This document shows, in pieces, positions 21,157 to 31,118 of a DNA stretch of 64,000 bases. The notes beneath the pieces were generated by a model. It did no database searches. It had not been told where the DNA came from and was given only the letters and a program-made list of their open reading frames with translations. Source of the DNA: Candidatus Heimdallarchaeota archaeon (lineage in GTDB: Archaea > Asgardarchaeota > Heimdallarchaeia > Heimdallarchaeales > Heimdallarchaeaceae); contig DAOVET010000001.1 of assembly GCA_030668825.1 (NCBI GenBank), positions 1 to 64,000 of the forward strand. The letters are read 5' to 3'. The position numbers were made by a program, and so were the translations under genes. How positions within the stretch are numbered: the stretch's first letter is position 1; each line of letters starts with the position of its first letter.

Positions 21157-21876
21157 ATGGTGGAATATACTACACCCTTGATTATTGCACATAGAGGCGC
21201 TTCTATAAAAGAACATGAGAATTCCATTAAAGCTTTTGAATTAGCTGTTAAACAAAAGGCTGATATGATAGAGTTGGATGCTCATTTGACTAGGGATGGT
21301 TATTTTGTCGTTTTTCATAATGACACAATTCCCTATAAGGATAACAATATAGTAATAGCTGAATCAAATCTTGAAACTATTCAAAAGTTCAAACTACCAA
21401 ATGGTGAACCTATTCCTCTATTAGAAGATGTTCTTAAGCAATTCCTCTCGAAAATTAAATTTAATATTGAATTAAAATGTGATGTGACGAAGGAACAATT
21501 CGATTCTCTTTTAAATGAAGTAGGTGGAGACAATTCCCGAATTCTTGTAAGCTCATTTCTTCATGAACCAATTGTAAACTTGAAAAATTCAACTTTAGGA
21601 TATGAGTTAGCTTATCTTTATATTTTCCCAATATATCAGAACAAAAGTGTCGCTCTAAATGATTTCATTGACGCAATGAACCCCTTCTACAGATTTCTTA
21701 CCAAAAGGGCAGTTAATTTTTATCATAAACAAGGTAAAAAGGTCTTTCCTTGGACAATTAATGATGAGAAACAAATTAGAAAACTAGTTAGACGAAATGT
21801 GGATGGAATTATTACTGATCTCCCCAAACAAACAAGAGAAATAATCTCTTCAGAACTTGAGAAACTAAATAGTTAA
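21157..21876 (+). CDS. Glycerophosphodiester phosphodiesterase
   Basis: IIAHRGAS, ENS, IELD, VFHND, NIELK, WTIND, GIITD. Confidence 0.93.
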   Translation: MVEYTTPLIIAHRGASIKEHENSIKAFELAVKQKADMIELDAHLTRDGYFVVFHNDTIPYKDNNIVIAESNLETIQKFKLPNGEPIPLLEDVLKQFLSKIKFNIELKCDVTKEQFDSLLNEVGGDNSRILVSSFLHEPIVNLKNSTLGYELAYLYIFPIYQNKSVALNDFIDAMNPFYRFLTKRAVNFYHKQGKKVFPWTINDEKQIRKLVRRNVDGIITDLPKQTREIISSELEKLNS

Positions 21877-22607
21877 TAGTATTTGACTAAAGAGAATGCA
21901 TATTCTTGCCATTCTGCTATTTGATTTACATTTTCAAGAAGTTCCTCTTCTTTGTTTTTCTCTACATTGAAGATCATGCTTACAATCTCAGGTGAATAAC
22001 CTGATTCAAGTATTTTCTTGTAATCAGTAGGTTCTTCGATTATTTCCAATTTATAGTCTCCTTCCTTAGAAATCATTAACTTTATGATATCAGGTTTAAT
22101 CCCTTCTTGGATTTTATTAAATATTTGAACAAATTCAGTTCTTTTCTCTAGCTCTTTGCTTACTCTGAGAATAGCAACATTGAACAATCCTTCATTTACT
22201 AAAACAGGAATTAACCAGAAAGATTGGCTTGGAATAGTTAATTCTGCAATAGAACAATCATTTTTCTTTATTTCCTCATCTAAATCTTGTGCCAATTCTT
22301 TAGCTCTTTCCTCAGTTTGTTCCTCAGGAAGTAAAACAATTTCATCGATTGCAAAGATGTTTGTCACAGTTTTTTTTCCACTAGCTTCTTCTTCATCTTC
22401 TTCTTCAACTTCTCTTTCTTTTAACCAAATTAGATAACCAGTAAACTTCTCCCCCGATTTTATTAGACTGATTTTAGAATTTTTATCTTCTAGAGTAGAA
22501 TCAACAAACATTTCTATTGTGATTTCATTACCATACAGTGATTTTACTAGTTTTTCTAGCTCTTGGGAGGTTTTAGGATTTTTAACTTCTGTAAACATCT
22601 CTGACAC
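21873..22607 (-). CDS. Hypothetical acidic protein with a possible degenerate GNAT fold
   Basis: FTGYLIW...IDEIVLLPEEQ...AKEL pattern resembles GNAT motif A but lacks the GxG. Confidence 0.45.
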   Translation of the reverse strand: MSEMFTEVKNPKTSQELEKLVKSLYGNEITIEMFVDSTLEDKNSKISLIKSGEKFTGYLIWLKEREVEEEDEEEASGKKTVTNIFAIDEIVLLPEEQTEERAKELAQDLDEEIKKNDCSIAELTIPSQSFWLIPVLVNEGLFNVAILRVSKELEKRTEFVQIFNKIQEGIKPDIIKLMISKEGDYKLEIIEEPTDYKKILESGYSPEIVSMIFNVEKNKEEELLENVNQIAEWQEYAFSLVKYY

Positions 22608-22696
22608 GGTATGAGCTATATCTAAATAAAACTATTCTTTTTAACGATGTTACTAAGGATTGAAAAATAAAATAAAAAAATAAAAGAATTAAGAAT

Positions 22697-23104
22697 TTAT
22701 GCCGTGTGAGAAAATGTTTTATCCAATTCACCAAAGCTTAATGTTATATCGTAAACAGCACCTAGTGCGAACGGGCCAACAATATATAAGGTATCAAACT
22801 CATTTTCCGCAATAACAGTACCTATTAAACTACTTCCTTCCGGAAGATCAAGAATTTGAACTCCTGTTAAACCTATTACTGATACACCCGTTATATTTAA
22901 TGGTCCATTTTTGGCTTCAACCTTAATCTGTATAGCTCTGTCACCAGTGGTAGTGTTAGTTGAACCTGGTGTGATAGTAATAATAGCTTCAGGTGATCCT
23001 TGTAACATTGGTATAACCACTAAGAACACAATGGCAGCTGCTGCTGTCACAAGTGCTATTAGCAAAACTGTAGCGATTACTGGAGATACTCCTCGTTTCT
23101 TCAT
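22697..23104 (-). CDS. Archaeal type IV pilin (class III signal peptide)
   Basis: MKKRG|VSPVIATVLLIALVTAAAAIVF is a canonical prepilin cleavage site followed by the hydrophobic helix. Confidence 0.88.
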   Translation of the reverse strand: MKKRGVSPVIATVLLIALVTAAAAIVFLVVIPMLQGSPEAIITITPGSTNTTTGDRAIQIKVEAKNGPLNITGVSVIGLTGVQILDLPEGSSLIGTVIAENEFDTLYIVGPFALGAVYDITLSFGELDKTFSHTA

Positions 23105-23270
23105 TTTTTAATTCACCCTTGATTATAATTAATCAAATCAAAATAGCTAAATATTACTTAAAAAAGTAGCGGTTGTCTTAACGCGCTGAAATTATTCATT
23201 AGTAGAATAACTCAATTTTGCAGATTAACAATTATTTATATTGGAGTATGTCCTTAGTTAAACGGAACAA

Positions 23271-23966
23271 ATGGATACTATCACCAATATCATATTCAGG
23301 TCATTGACCACAATTTATGAAGGAACGATTAGTGGTAGCGCTTTGCATCCGAACATGTATTTTCTCGAAAATAATAAATTGAATACTTATTATGGTTTCA
23401 ATCTTCAAGACGTTATTCCAACAAGATTAATTACACGTATTTATGAAGAAGGAAAGCATATCATTACTGATTTACTCTGGTTGGTAGATGACTCAAAAAT
23501 AACTGGGAAAGGGCATATATCTTTTACAGAAAAATCTAACAAAATTTCAGTAGAAGGAGAACCAAAAGAATATATCAAGCTATTTGAGAATGATGCAACC
23601 ATAACCGCATGTTATGGTGATCTCCTCACGCTACCTAATTATCTAGAACTGGTTCTAACTGGATCTAGAGACTGGTCTCCAGCTAAAATCCAATCTACAA
23701 CTAAGTTGAATATACCAAACATTCCCACAAACCTGTACAGTTTCTCAAGAACTATCTTAGATGCAAAAAAAGTTAATGACGAAGATTATCAAGATCTTGC
23801 ACTAGACAGTTACTTAGCTCTAATTGATCTAGTACACAGGTCACTTGAAATACTTTCTAAATATTCTCAGAAAGAGAAGGGAGAAATTATTTTTTGCGTT
23901 AGATGTGGTCAAGAGCTTCCTTTAAACTCATACTATTGTCCAATATGTGGAAGTAAACAAAATTAG
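23271..23966 (+). CDS. Hypothetical protein with a C-terminal zinc ribbon
   Basis: FCVRCG...YCPICG at the C-terminus. Confidence 0.65.
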   Translation: MDTITNIIFRSLTTIYEGTISGSALHPNMYFLENNKLNTYYGFNLQDVIPTRLITRIYEEGKHIITDLLWLVDDSKITGKGHISFTEKSNKISVEGEPKEYIKLFENDATITACYGDLLTLPNYLELVLTGSRDWSPAKIQSTTKLNIPNIPTNLYSFSRTILDAKKVNDEDYQDLALDSYLALIDLVHRSLEILSKYSQKEKGEIIFCVRCGQELPLNSYYCPICGSKQN

Positions 23967-23978
23967 GTTTAATGAAAA

Positions 23979-24320
23979 TTAAGTGTGATAAAGTATTTCT
24001 GCTCGTTCAATTAGTTCTAAGGTATCAGTTTGATTTGCTAAATCTCTCGCATTTGGGGAAAAATTATTAGCTATTATGAACCCACCACTCAGGTTCGACC
24101 TTTGAACTAAACGTTCTATATGAATAATTTTATCTGTTCCGACACTTCTTTTCCAGTCTAAAACCCAAACACCTACTAGTAATTCCTTTATTATTATCAG
24201 AAAATCTATTGCATGTTTGGAAGGTCCTGTAATAACTGATAAATCGTGAGAAAGAATTCCGAAACTCTTCAGATATTCGAGTGACAGTTCAATCAGCGGT
24301 TTACTTCGGTCGTAATTCAT
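23979..24320 (-). CDS. Small Mrr-like/PD-(D/E)XK-fold protein
   Basis: GPSKHAIDF, DWKRSVG and GGFIIANNFSPNARDLA resemble the Mrr catalytic domain. Confidence 0.55.
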   Translation of the reverse strand: MNYDRSKPLIELSLEYLKSFGILSHDLSVITGPSKHAIDFLIIIKELLVGVWVLDWKRSVGTDKIIHIERLVQRSNLSGGFIIANNFSPNARDLANQTDTLELIERAEILYHT

Positions 24321-24378
24321 TGACTACAGCATTCTAATGTCTATTAAAATATTTGTATGAAAATCCTCTTCTTCTTAA

Positions 24379-24687
24379 TTAGATTTCAATCTCGAGATTT
24401 TTGTCGTTACATTGGATAATCCATTTGCCCTTTGTTTTAAGGATTAAAGAAATACTTTTTCTGAAATTCTTAACAACTTGTGCTGCCATAAGATTAGGGT
24501 CTCTTTTTCCATAAATTTTGATTGACACTACTTGTTTTGTTTCATCTATTGAAACTTGTTCTCTAAACATTTCCCATGCTGGATCTGGTAGATACCCCTC
24601 AATTTCTATAAAAAATTCACTACCTACTTCTGGTGGAGTGTGGATCAACATCCTTGTGATTGGAACAAGTCTCTGACTCTGCTTCAT
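24379..24687 (-). CDS. Hypothetical protein
   Basis: 102-aa ORF, co-oriented with its neighbour. Confidence 0.55.
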   Translation of the reverse strand: MKQSQRLVPITRMLIHTPPEVGSEFFIEIEGYLPDPAWEMFREQVSIDETKQVVSIKIYGKRDPNLMAAQVVKNFRKSISLILKTKGKWIIQCNDKNLEIEI

Positions 24688-24781
24688 CAGTTCTTACCTT
24701 ATAAACTACTTAATAAACCTTGAGAACAGATAAAGAATTCAAAAGCAAATTTTTATAATATCCTTTGAATCAATTAACATA

Positions 24782-25975
24782 ATGTCTTCCTCTGATGATA
24801 AAACCCTAAAGGAAAAGGCAAGTACATTTGTTAAAAAGTTTGTCAGTGATATTGATGCCAAAGAAGTAGCTATTCTCATAATATTTGGATTGATAATTTT
24901 CATTATTTTCAAAATGATGTTTGGAGGAATTTTTGGTTTATCTTTAGTAGTTATAGAAAATGGTCCACATTCAAGCATGTGGCCTACTTACGATAAAGGT
25001 GATATGTTTCTTATTTACAAGTGCTCTCCAGAAAAAATTGAACTTGGGGATGTAATTGTTTACGTTTCAGATACCTCATTGAATAGAGGAACTCTAATTA
25101 TTCATCGTGTGATTAATATAACTAAAGAAGACATAGGGAATGGATTAGAGTACTTTTTCAGGGTTAGCGGAGATAATCCAAACTCAAATAATTATGCGGA
25201 TAGTTACGATGGATTAACATCTCTTATACCATATGAAGCAGTTGTAGGTAAAACAGTGCTTCTAATAAGAAAAATTGGTTATCTTAGATTGTGGTTAGCT
25301 GATAACGCAGCTGTAAGGTATATTCTTCTGGCAGCTGTCATTCTATTAGGTGCTTATCTGATTTTATCTCCTGATAAGAAAAAGGAAGAAGAAGAAGTTG
25401 CTTCAGAGAAATTTGATGAAATGCAACAGAAAGAGAAGAAAGAATTCAGAGTAAGAATCAAAGAATATTTTGTTAATAAATGGAAGAACACAAAGAAATG
25501 GTTTATAGAGTTATTCACAGTTAAAAAACAAAGAATAAAACTAATTATCTTCTGTTCAGTTATCTTATCACTTGTAATCTTCATTCCAGTTATTGATAAT
25601 TCAATCAGAACTCAGGGAATAACAACTGGAATTGATGATATTTCTCTCCTTTCCTCTGATTACTATCCTTTGGAAGGTATGGTTTATGTTCCGTTTACAA
25701 TCTATTTCAAACATGATGGCTCTTGGAATCAAGTACTTAAATATTTTACAACTGAGGGTATTCAAAATGGAACTGTTTTAGCTACATCAGCTTGGTGGTC
25801 ATTCTATCAAGTTGAAGGAGATAGAACGTTAGGTGGGTCCTTAGTGTTTGTGGAAAGTGAATTCAACAGCAGTCTTGCTTTGACAATAAAGATAACTTAT
25901 ACAATAAAAAATAGGTTTGGACCAGATCTTATAGATTTAGAGTATGAAGAAACTTTTCTCCCTCCTATCCCATGA
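24782..25975 (+). CDS. Archaeal/ER-type signal peptidase I (Sec11-like) with a long C-terminal extension
   Basis: SMWPT (catalytic Ser), GDVIVY, IIHRV (His), GDN...D, VVGK, GYL; extra TM and beta-rich domain at the C-terminus. Confidence 0.85.
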   Translation: MSSSDDKTLKEKASTFVKKFVSDIDAKEVAILIIFGLIIFIIFKMMFGGIFGLSLVVIENGPHSSMWPTYDKGDMFLIYKCSPEKIELGDVIVYVSDTSLNRGTLIIHRVINITKEDIGNGLEYFFRVSGDNPNSNNYADSYDGLTSLIPYEAVVGKTVLLIRKIGYLRLWLADNAAVRYILLAAVILLGAYLILSPDKKKEEEEVASEKFDEMQQKEKKEFRVRIKEYFVNKWKNTKKWFIELFTVKKQRIKLIIFCSVILSLVIFIPVIDNSIRTQGITTGIDDISLLSSDYYPLEGMVYVPFTIYFKHDGSWNQVLKYFTTEGIQNGTVLATSAWWSFYQVEGDRTLGGSLVFVESEFNSSLALTIKITYTIKNRFGPDLIDLEYEETFLPPIP

Positions 25976-25998
25976 GAAAAATAAAAAGTAAATGAGAA

Positions 25999-26886
25999 TC
26001 ACAGATTCTCTTTTATTCGTAATGGTATTTCACTTGAGGTTTTTACTGTCGTAATTCCTGCTTCGCTTAAGATACGCATTTTTTCTTTAGCTGTTCCTGA
26101 TTTTCCATGAACTATAGCACCAGCATGACCCATCTGTTTACCAGGTGGTGCAGTCTGTCCAGCAATAAATGCATATACCGGTTTGGTTATCTCCTTTTTG
26201 ACTAAATCTGCTGCTTGTTGTTCTCCTGTTCCGCCTATTTCCCCAACAAGTATGATCTGTTTTGTTAGAGGATCGTTTTCAAACAATGTCAAACATTCAT
26301 TAAAACCAATACCCTTTATTGGATCTCCGCCTAAACCTACACAAGTTGATTGACCAAAACCATTTACGGTCAAATTTTGTATAATCTCGTATGTGAGAGT
26401 ACCGCTCCTACTCACAATACCAACATTTCCTTTAGTACAGATTTTTCCAGGGATAATACCAATTTTACTTGCTTCTGGAGTAATTAATCCTGGGCAATTT
26501 GGTCCTACCATTACTACATCATTATCTAGCGCCTTTTGCCTTATTCTTGCTGAATCTTGAACGGGAACTCCTTCAGTTATAACTGTAAGTAGATTTATTC
26601 CAGCATCTATTGCTTCCATAGCCGCAGAATAAGTAAATCTTGCAGGAATAAAAATAACAGAAGCAGTTGCCTGTGTTGCTTCAACAGCTTCTTTCATACT
26701 GTCAAAAACTGGCACACCTAAATGCTCTTGACCTCCTTTACCTGGAGTAACACCTGCTACAACTTTAGTACCATAACCAATCATAGATTTTGCATGGAAT
26801 GTTCCTTGTTTTCCAGTAATCCCTTGCACAATAACTTTAGTGTTTTCACCTAACAGAATTGCCATTTTAATTTCCTCCTTTAACAA
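25999..26886 (-). CDS. sucD: Succinyl-CoA synthetase alpha subunit
   Basis: QGITG, GPNCPG, SRSGTLTYE, GEIGG, MGHAGA (phospho-His); the real start is probably MAILL. Confidence 0.96.
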   Translation of the reverse strand: MLKEEIKMAILLGENTKVIVQGITGKQGTFHAKSMIGYGTKVVAGVTPGKGGQEHLGVPVFDSMKEAVEATQATASVIFIPARFTYSAAMEAIDAGINLLTVITEGVPVQDSARIRQKALDNDVVMVGPNCPGLITPEASKIGIIPGKICTKGNVGIVSRSGTLTYEIIQNLTVNGFGQSTCVGLGGDPIKGIGFNECLTLFENDPLTKQIILVGEIGGTGEQQAADLVKKEITKPVYAFIAGQTAPPGKQMGHAGAIVHGKSGTAKEKMRILSEAGITTVKTSSEIPLRIKENL

Positions 26887-28030
26887 GCTCTATAATTTTT
26901 CTTGCAGCGGGTTCCATCTCACCATATGCCTTTATTCCATTTTCCTCTAAAATACTAATACCTTTTTTGTCATTGGTTCCTACTAATCTAATTACTATTG
27001 GAACTTTTATCTCAAATTTCTTTGAAGCATTGATGATTCCTTGAGCTACATCATCACATCTAGTGATTCCTGCAAAGAAGTTTACGAAAATCCCCTTGAT
27101 ATTTTGCCTTGAAAGAATTTCTAAAGATTTCTCAATTTTTATTTCATCAGCTCCTCCTCCTACATCTAGGAAATTAGCAGGAGAACTACCAAAGAATTCT
27201 AGCAAATCACAGGTCGCCATTGAAAGACCTGCTCCTCCAGCGATAATCCCAATCTCTCCATCAAGTTGAACATAGCTTATACCTGCTTGATCTGCTTCAA
27301 ACTCTAACTCTGTGTGTCTATCTCTTTGAGATTTTAAAGATGCAATATTTGCTTGTCTAAAATCTGAATTGCCATCTATTACCACTTTAGAATCTGCTGC
27401 AATTATCTTCTTATCAGGTGTCAATATTAATGGGTTGATCTCAACCAGAGTAAGGTCTCTTTGCTTAGCCATGTTGACCATGTTTGTCATTAAGTTGGTA
27501 AAAGAAGTTAGTGTTTTTGCTTCAAAACCAAGATTCTTCCCTAGATCTATGAACAGATATGAAAAAGGATTATCCCAAATCGAAAGAGATTTTTTGAAAA
27601 TATCATCTGGATAGTGTTCAGCAACTTCTTCAATATCTACTCCTCCACGAGAACTAGCAATAATTAGATACTTTCCAGATTCGTTGTCTAACATAACAGC
27701 AAGATAATACTCTTTTTCGATTTCCAAAGGTTCCTCCAACATAACAATTTCAACAGGTTTACCTCTATGATCTCTGCCTAAGATACTTTGAATGTATTCC
27801 TCAGCTTCAGCACTTGAGACTTTTTTTATCAATCCCGCTTTGCCTCTTCCCCCTGAAAGAGCTTGTGCTTTAGCCATCATAACATCACTACCAATTTCCT
27901 CAACAAACTGACTAATACTGCTGGAATCAGTATATGCTCTGAATCGAGGAACTGGTATTTTGTTTTCTTTAAAAAGTTGTTTTCCTTCAATTTCATAAAG
28001 CATTGGCATATTGTTGAAAACTGGCATCAA
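26867..28030 (-). CDS. sucC: Succinyl-CoA synthetase beta subunit
   Basis: KAQALSGGRGKAG, GGVDIEEVA, EINPL, GAGL, PANFLDVGGGA, GITRCD. Confidence 0.95.
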   Translation of the reverse strand: MMPVFNNMPMLYEIEGKQLFKENKIPVPRFRAYTDSSSISQFVEEIGSDVMMAKAQALSGGRGKAGLIKKVSSAEAEEYIQSILGRDHRGKPVEIVMLEEPLEIEKEYYLAVMLDNESGKYLIIASSRGGVDIEEVAEHYPDDIFKKSLSIWDNPFSYLFIDLGKNLGFEAKTLTSFTNLMTNMVNMAKQRDLTLVEINPLILTPDKKIIAADSKVVIDGNSDFRQANIASLKSQRDRHTELEFEADQAGISYVQLDGEIGIIAGGAGLSMATCDLLEFFGSSPANFLDVGGGADEIKIEKSLEILSRQNIKGIFVNFFAGITRCDDVAQGIINASKKFEIKVPIVIRLVGTNDKKGISILEENGIKAYGEMEPAARKIIELVKGGN

Positions 28031-28119
28031 TGTCTTTTTAAGGTCTTTGAAGTGAGCTCAAAAGATACTAGAACCAACGATCTAAAAATTCTAAAAGAGA
28101 TTTAAAAGAAGAGTTTAGA

Positions 28120-28431
28120 TTATTTTACCATCTCTACTCTTTTGGCTCTGGGATATGAAAGTACCCATTTCTTTCCACAATCAGGGCAGCTTAATCTCAG
28201 ATCAACTTTCTTCGATGTTTTAGAAGCCATTTTTGTTTGAGTGACAGGTCTCTTACTATATTTACCAAGATTACCATACCCTCTTCTTTTAAGTTTCATT
28301 TTCCTTGCGGTCGCTGACATACCTTTTTTTCTTCTTGCAGTTTTTTCTTGCTTAACTTTCATAGTCTTGTGTGTGCCGCATTTTGGGCAATATTTGAACA
28401 TTGTTTCAGGGATCTTAACCATATCAGTCAC
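28120..28431 (-). CDS. rpl44e: 50S ribosomal protein L44e (eL42)
   Basis: YCPKCGTH...RRGYG...KKVDLRLSCPDCGK; highly basic. Confidence 0.92.
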   Translation of the reverse strand: MTDMVKIPETMFKYCPKCGTHKTMKVKQEKTARRKKGMSATARKMKLKRRGYGNLGKYSKRPVTQTKMASKTSKKVDLRLSCPDCGKKWVLSYPRAKRVEMVK

Positions 28432-28490
28432 TCACCTTATTGCTTGGACATATCTTTTTATTTGTTTCCTTTTTAGAGAAGCAATTTTTG

Positions 28491-28802
28491 TTATATCTCT
28501 CTTAATGCTTGGATATCTCTTAGTTTTTGCAGAGGAATGATTTGAAAGGTTTGGTTTGGATTCGTCCTTCGTATGCTCAGGGGTAAAACCTTAGCCCTTA
28601 GCTCAAATTCTGCTATAACAAGAGGTGATTTATTGTCTAAATCTTGAAGTTGGAGTAATACAGGAGCCCCCATACTTAATTGTAAAGCACGCGCACCTAC
28701 AATGCGAGCCCTTTCAAAACGTGTTAGTCTATCGGGACCAACTTTAACTTTTTTAGAAACGATTTCTCTGTCACTTGGGTTCCTATCTACTTTCAGAGCC
28801 AT
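28491..28802 (-). CDS. rpoK: RNA polymerase subunit Rpo6 (RpoK)
   Basis: [22 protein letters not shown] signature. Confidence 0.96.
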   Translation of the reverse strand: MALKVDRNPSDREIVSKKVKVGPDRLTRFERARIVGARALQLSMGAPVLLQLQDLDNKSPLVIAEFELRAKVLPLSIRRTNPNQTFQIIPLQKLRDIQALREI

Positions 28803-29138
28803 AACAAACCACCAAAATATGTTTTAAAGGTTACATCATTCAACCTTGCTCTTATTTTAAAAATTTTTAGATAATGGGGAATTCCGAAGTACAGTAAAAA
28901 TTATTTTTCGTGTGCAAAATATCTTTGAGAGCTATCAAAATTTTTTTAATACTGACATTAAAGCAAAAAAACAAGCAAGATTAAACTATAAACTGTAAGT
29001 TTGGGATATTCTCGCTTGCATATCTGGAAAAACTTTAATAAGAAAATAACAGCAAATAAACCAGATATAGTCAAGAAGAAGATAAGACTTATAAAATAGA
29101 TACAAAATGTAAATTAACTTATACGGAATGACAGCTGC

Positions 29139-29705
29139 ATGAGTATGTTCGGGTCGTTTTCATCATGGTTGAGAACTAAGCTTAAGAAAGAGCAAAAGGC
29201 AAAGATATTGATATTAGGTTTAGATGCAGCAGGAAAAACAACTTTGACCCGTTTTATGAGATTTGGTAAATTTGCTGAAAACTTGACACCAACAATAGGT
29301 CAAAATATTGAATCTTTTGAATTTGAAGGATGGACAATTACAGCAATAGATGTAGCAGGACAATCACATTTCCGTTTCTTATGGGAGGCACACTACCCAG
29401 GATGTAGCTCTGTGATCTTCGTTATAGACGCAGCTGATATTGAACGTTTGCCTGAAGCAAGAGATGTTCTCAAGACTCATGTTTTCAATAATCCATATAT
29501 GGAAAATGTTCCAACTTTAATAATGGCCAACAAACAAGATTTGCCAGGAGCTGTTGAAGCACCTCTATTAATCCAAATGCTTGGTCTTCATCTTGATCTC
29601 AAAGATCGAACCTTTGCTGTTTTTGATACAAGTATTCTACATGGAAAGGGAATAAAAGAAGCATTCATTTGGTTAGTAAATGAACTAGATATACACACTC
29701 AATAA
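29139..29705 (+). CDS. Arf-family small GTPase
   Basis: ILGLDAAGKTT, PTIG, DVAGQ..FRFLW, ANKQDL; N-terminal amphipathic extension. Confidence 0.92.
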   Translation: MSMFGSFSSWLRTKLKKEQKAKILILGLDAAGKTTLTRFMRFGKFAENLTPTIGQNIESFEFEGWTITAIDVAGQSHFRFLWEAHYPGCSSVIFVIDAADIERLPEARDVLKTHVFNNPYMENVPTLIMANKQDLPGAVEAPLLIQMLGLHLDLKDRTFAVFDTSILHGKGIKEAFIWLVNELDIHTQ

Positions 29706-29720
29706 TCACAAAGTAAACTC

Positions 29721-31019
29721 TTACTTTTCTTCTTGTTTTAATTTGAAGTTGAATTTTGCTATAAATCCACCTGTGTTATTAGTGGTTATAGGATCAAGAT
29801 AAACTGAAGATTTAACGAGCTCTTTCTCAATTTCTTTGTAAATTTCCAGAGGAGCTCTTGAACTAATTTTTTTCTGTTGTTTTAATTTTCTTATTTCTTC
29901 AGGGAATTCTTGATTTTCGTAATATGCTTTTTGCAAGGTGTTTTGGAAGATCTCTTCATTCTCAAGATGATCAATCGAATGTGTAACATATGTTACTGAA
30001 GCTTGTCCATGAGTACTCCTATAAAGTTCAGAAATTAGTTTTTGTTGCTTTTTAGTGAATTGTTTCAATCTGTCTAAACTTAAATTTGATGAAAAAACAG
30101 GAATTACAGCTGTTCGAGAGTTTTGTGGTTCAACAAAGAATGATGTATACTTTATCTCAGGCATTTCTCTGACAAAACTAAGAAAAGGTCTATGAATAAT
30201 TCTAATTGCTTTATTCTTTGTTCGTGCAATATTCTTATTCAAAACTTTTGTATGCATTTTATTTGTTGCTAAAACAGTTATTGGAACTTTATTTCTAGTT
30301 AGCTCAGCAATATAATTTGCAACATCCCCTTTGTCAGTAGACATTACCAAGATATTGTCATTAGCTTCAAAATTCATAGACTTAACACCTATTGCTTGAG
30401 TTGGTGACAATATGCTAAAAAAACCTCTTCTATACTCCTTTAGTTCAGTTATTGGAGGAGCATATGCTAATGATTCAGTAACCTTTACAACAGTTTCTTG
30501 AAATCGCTTATTTATTTCACTGCTTTTTAACTGAGTTTTACCAACTGCTAGAATATTATTCACATAATCCGCAATACACACTGTTTCCCCTGGATCAAAA
30601 TCGTCGTGATTCATAATATTCGCAGTTTGAACATCTCTACCTAATGCAATACCTGTGGTAGATTCATGATCTACTCTTATTATAGGTAATTTTCTAGAAT
30701 ACTCTGTTAATTCTCCTTTCTGAACTTCAATTTCTATAAAATCATCAAAAATAGGATGCTTGCGAGTAATATTACCCATTTCTTCAAAGATGTCAAAGAG
30801 CGTGTCGTAATCGATCTTTCTTGTATTTACTTGAACCCACATCGAATTGTAAGGTAATCTAAGACCATCTAATAATTCCAATGTCTGATTTAAACCGAAA
30901 GTTTCAAGCCAATGATTCAGTAGACTAGCTGGATATTGGAATCTTTTCATTAAATCGGCTGATAGCAGATCATTTTCTTTGAAGTTCTCTGAAGAATTCA
31001 TTATGACATAGAATTTCAA
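29721..31019 (-). CDS. RsmB/NOP2 (NSUN6-like) PUA-domain protein, apparently catalytically inactive
   Basis: Overall layout is NSUN6-like (QVNT, PUA insert, ENE, GGFIAKF), but motif IV reads VEPQNS (for DAPCS) and motif VI reads YVTHS (for YSTCS). Confidence 0.7.
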   Translation of the reverse strand: MKFYVIMNSSENFKENDLLSADLMKRFQYPASLLNHWLETFGLNQTLELLDGLRLPYNSMWVQVNTRKIDYDTLFDIFEEMGNITRKHPIFDDFIEIEVQKGELTEYSRKLPIIRVDHESTTGIALGRDVQTANIMNHDDFDPGETVCIADYVNNILAVGKTQLKSSEINKRFQETVVKVTESLAYAPPITELKEYRRGFFSILSPTQAIGVKSMNFEANDNILVMSTDKGDVANYIAELTRNKVPITVLATNKMHTKVLNKNIARTKNKAIRIIHRPFLSFVREMPEIKYTSFFVEPQNSRTAVIPVFSSNLSLDRLKQFTKKQQKLISELYRSTHGQASVTYVTHSIDHLENEEIFQNTLQKAYYENQEFPEEIRKLKQQKKISSRAPLEIYKEIEKELVKSSVYLDPITTNNTGGFIAKFNFKLKQEEK

Positions 31020-31118
31020 AATTTAAGCTTTAAGAATATTATCAAAATAGTGTTACTTTTTATCTCCAAAACACAAAATTGAAAAAAGAACTAATAAAGT
31101 CAAGTTAGAGGTTAATAG

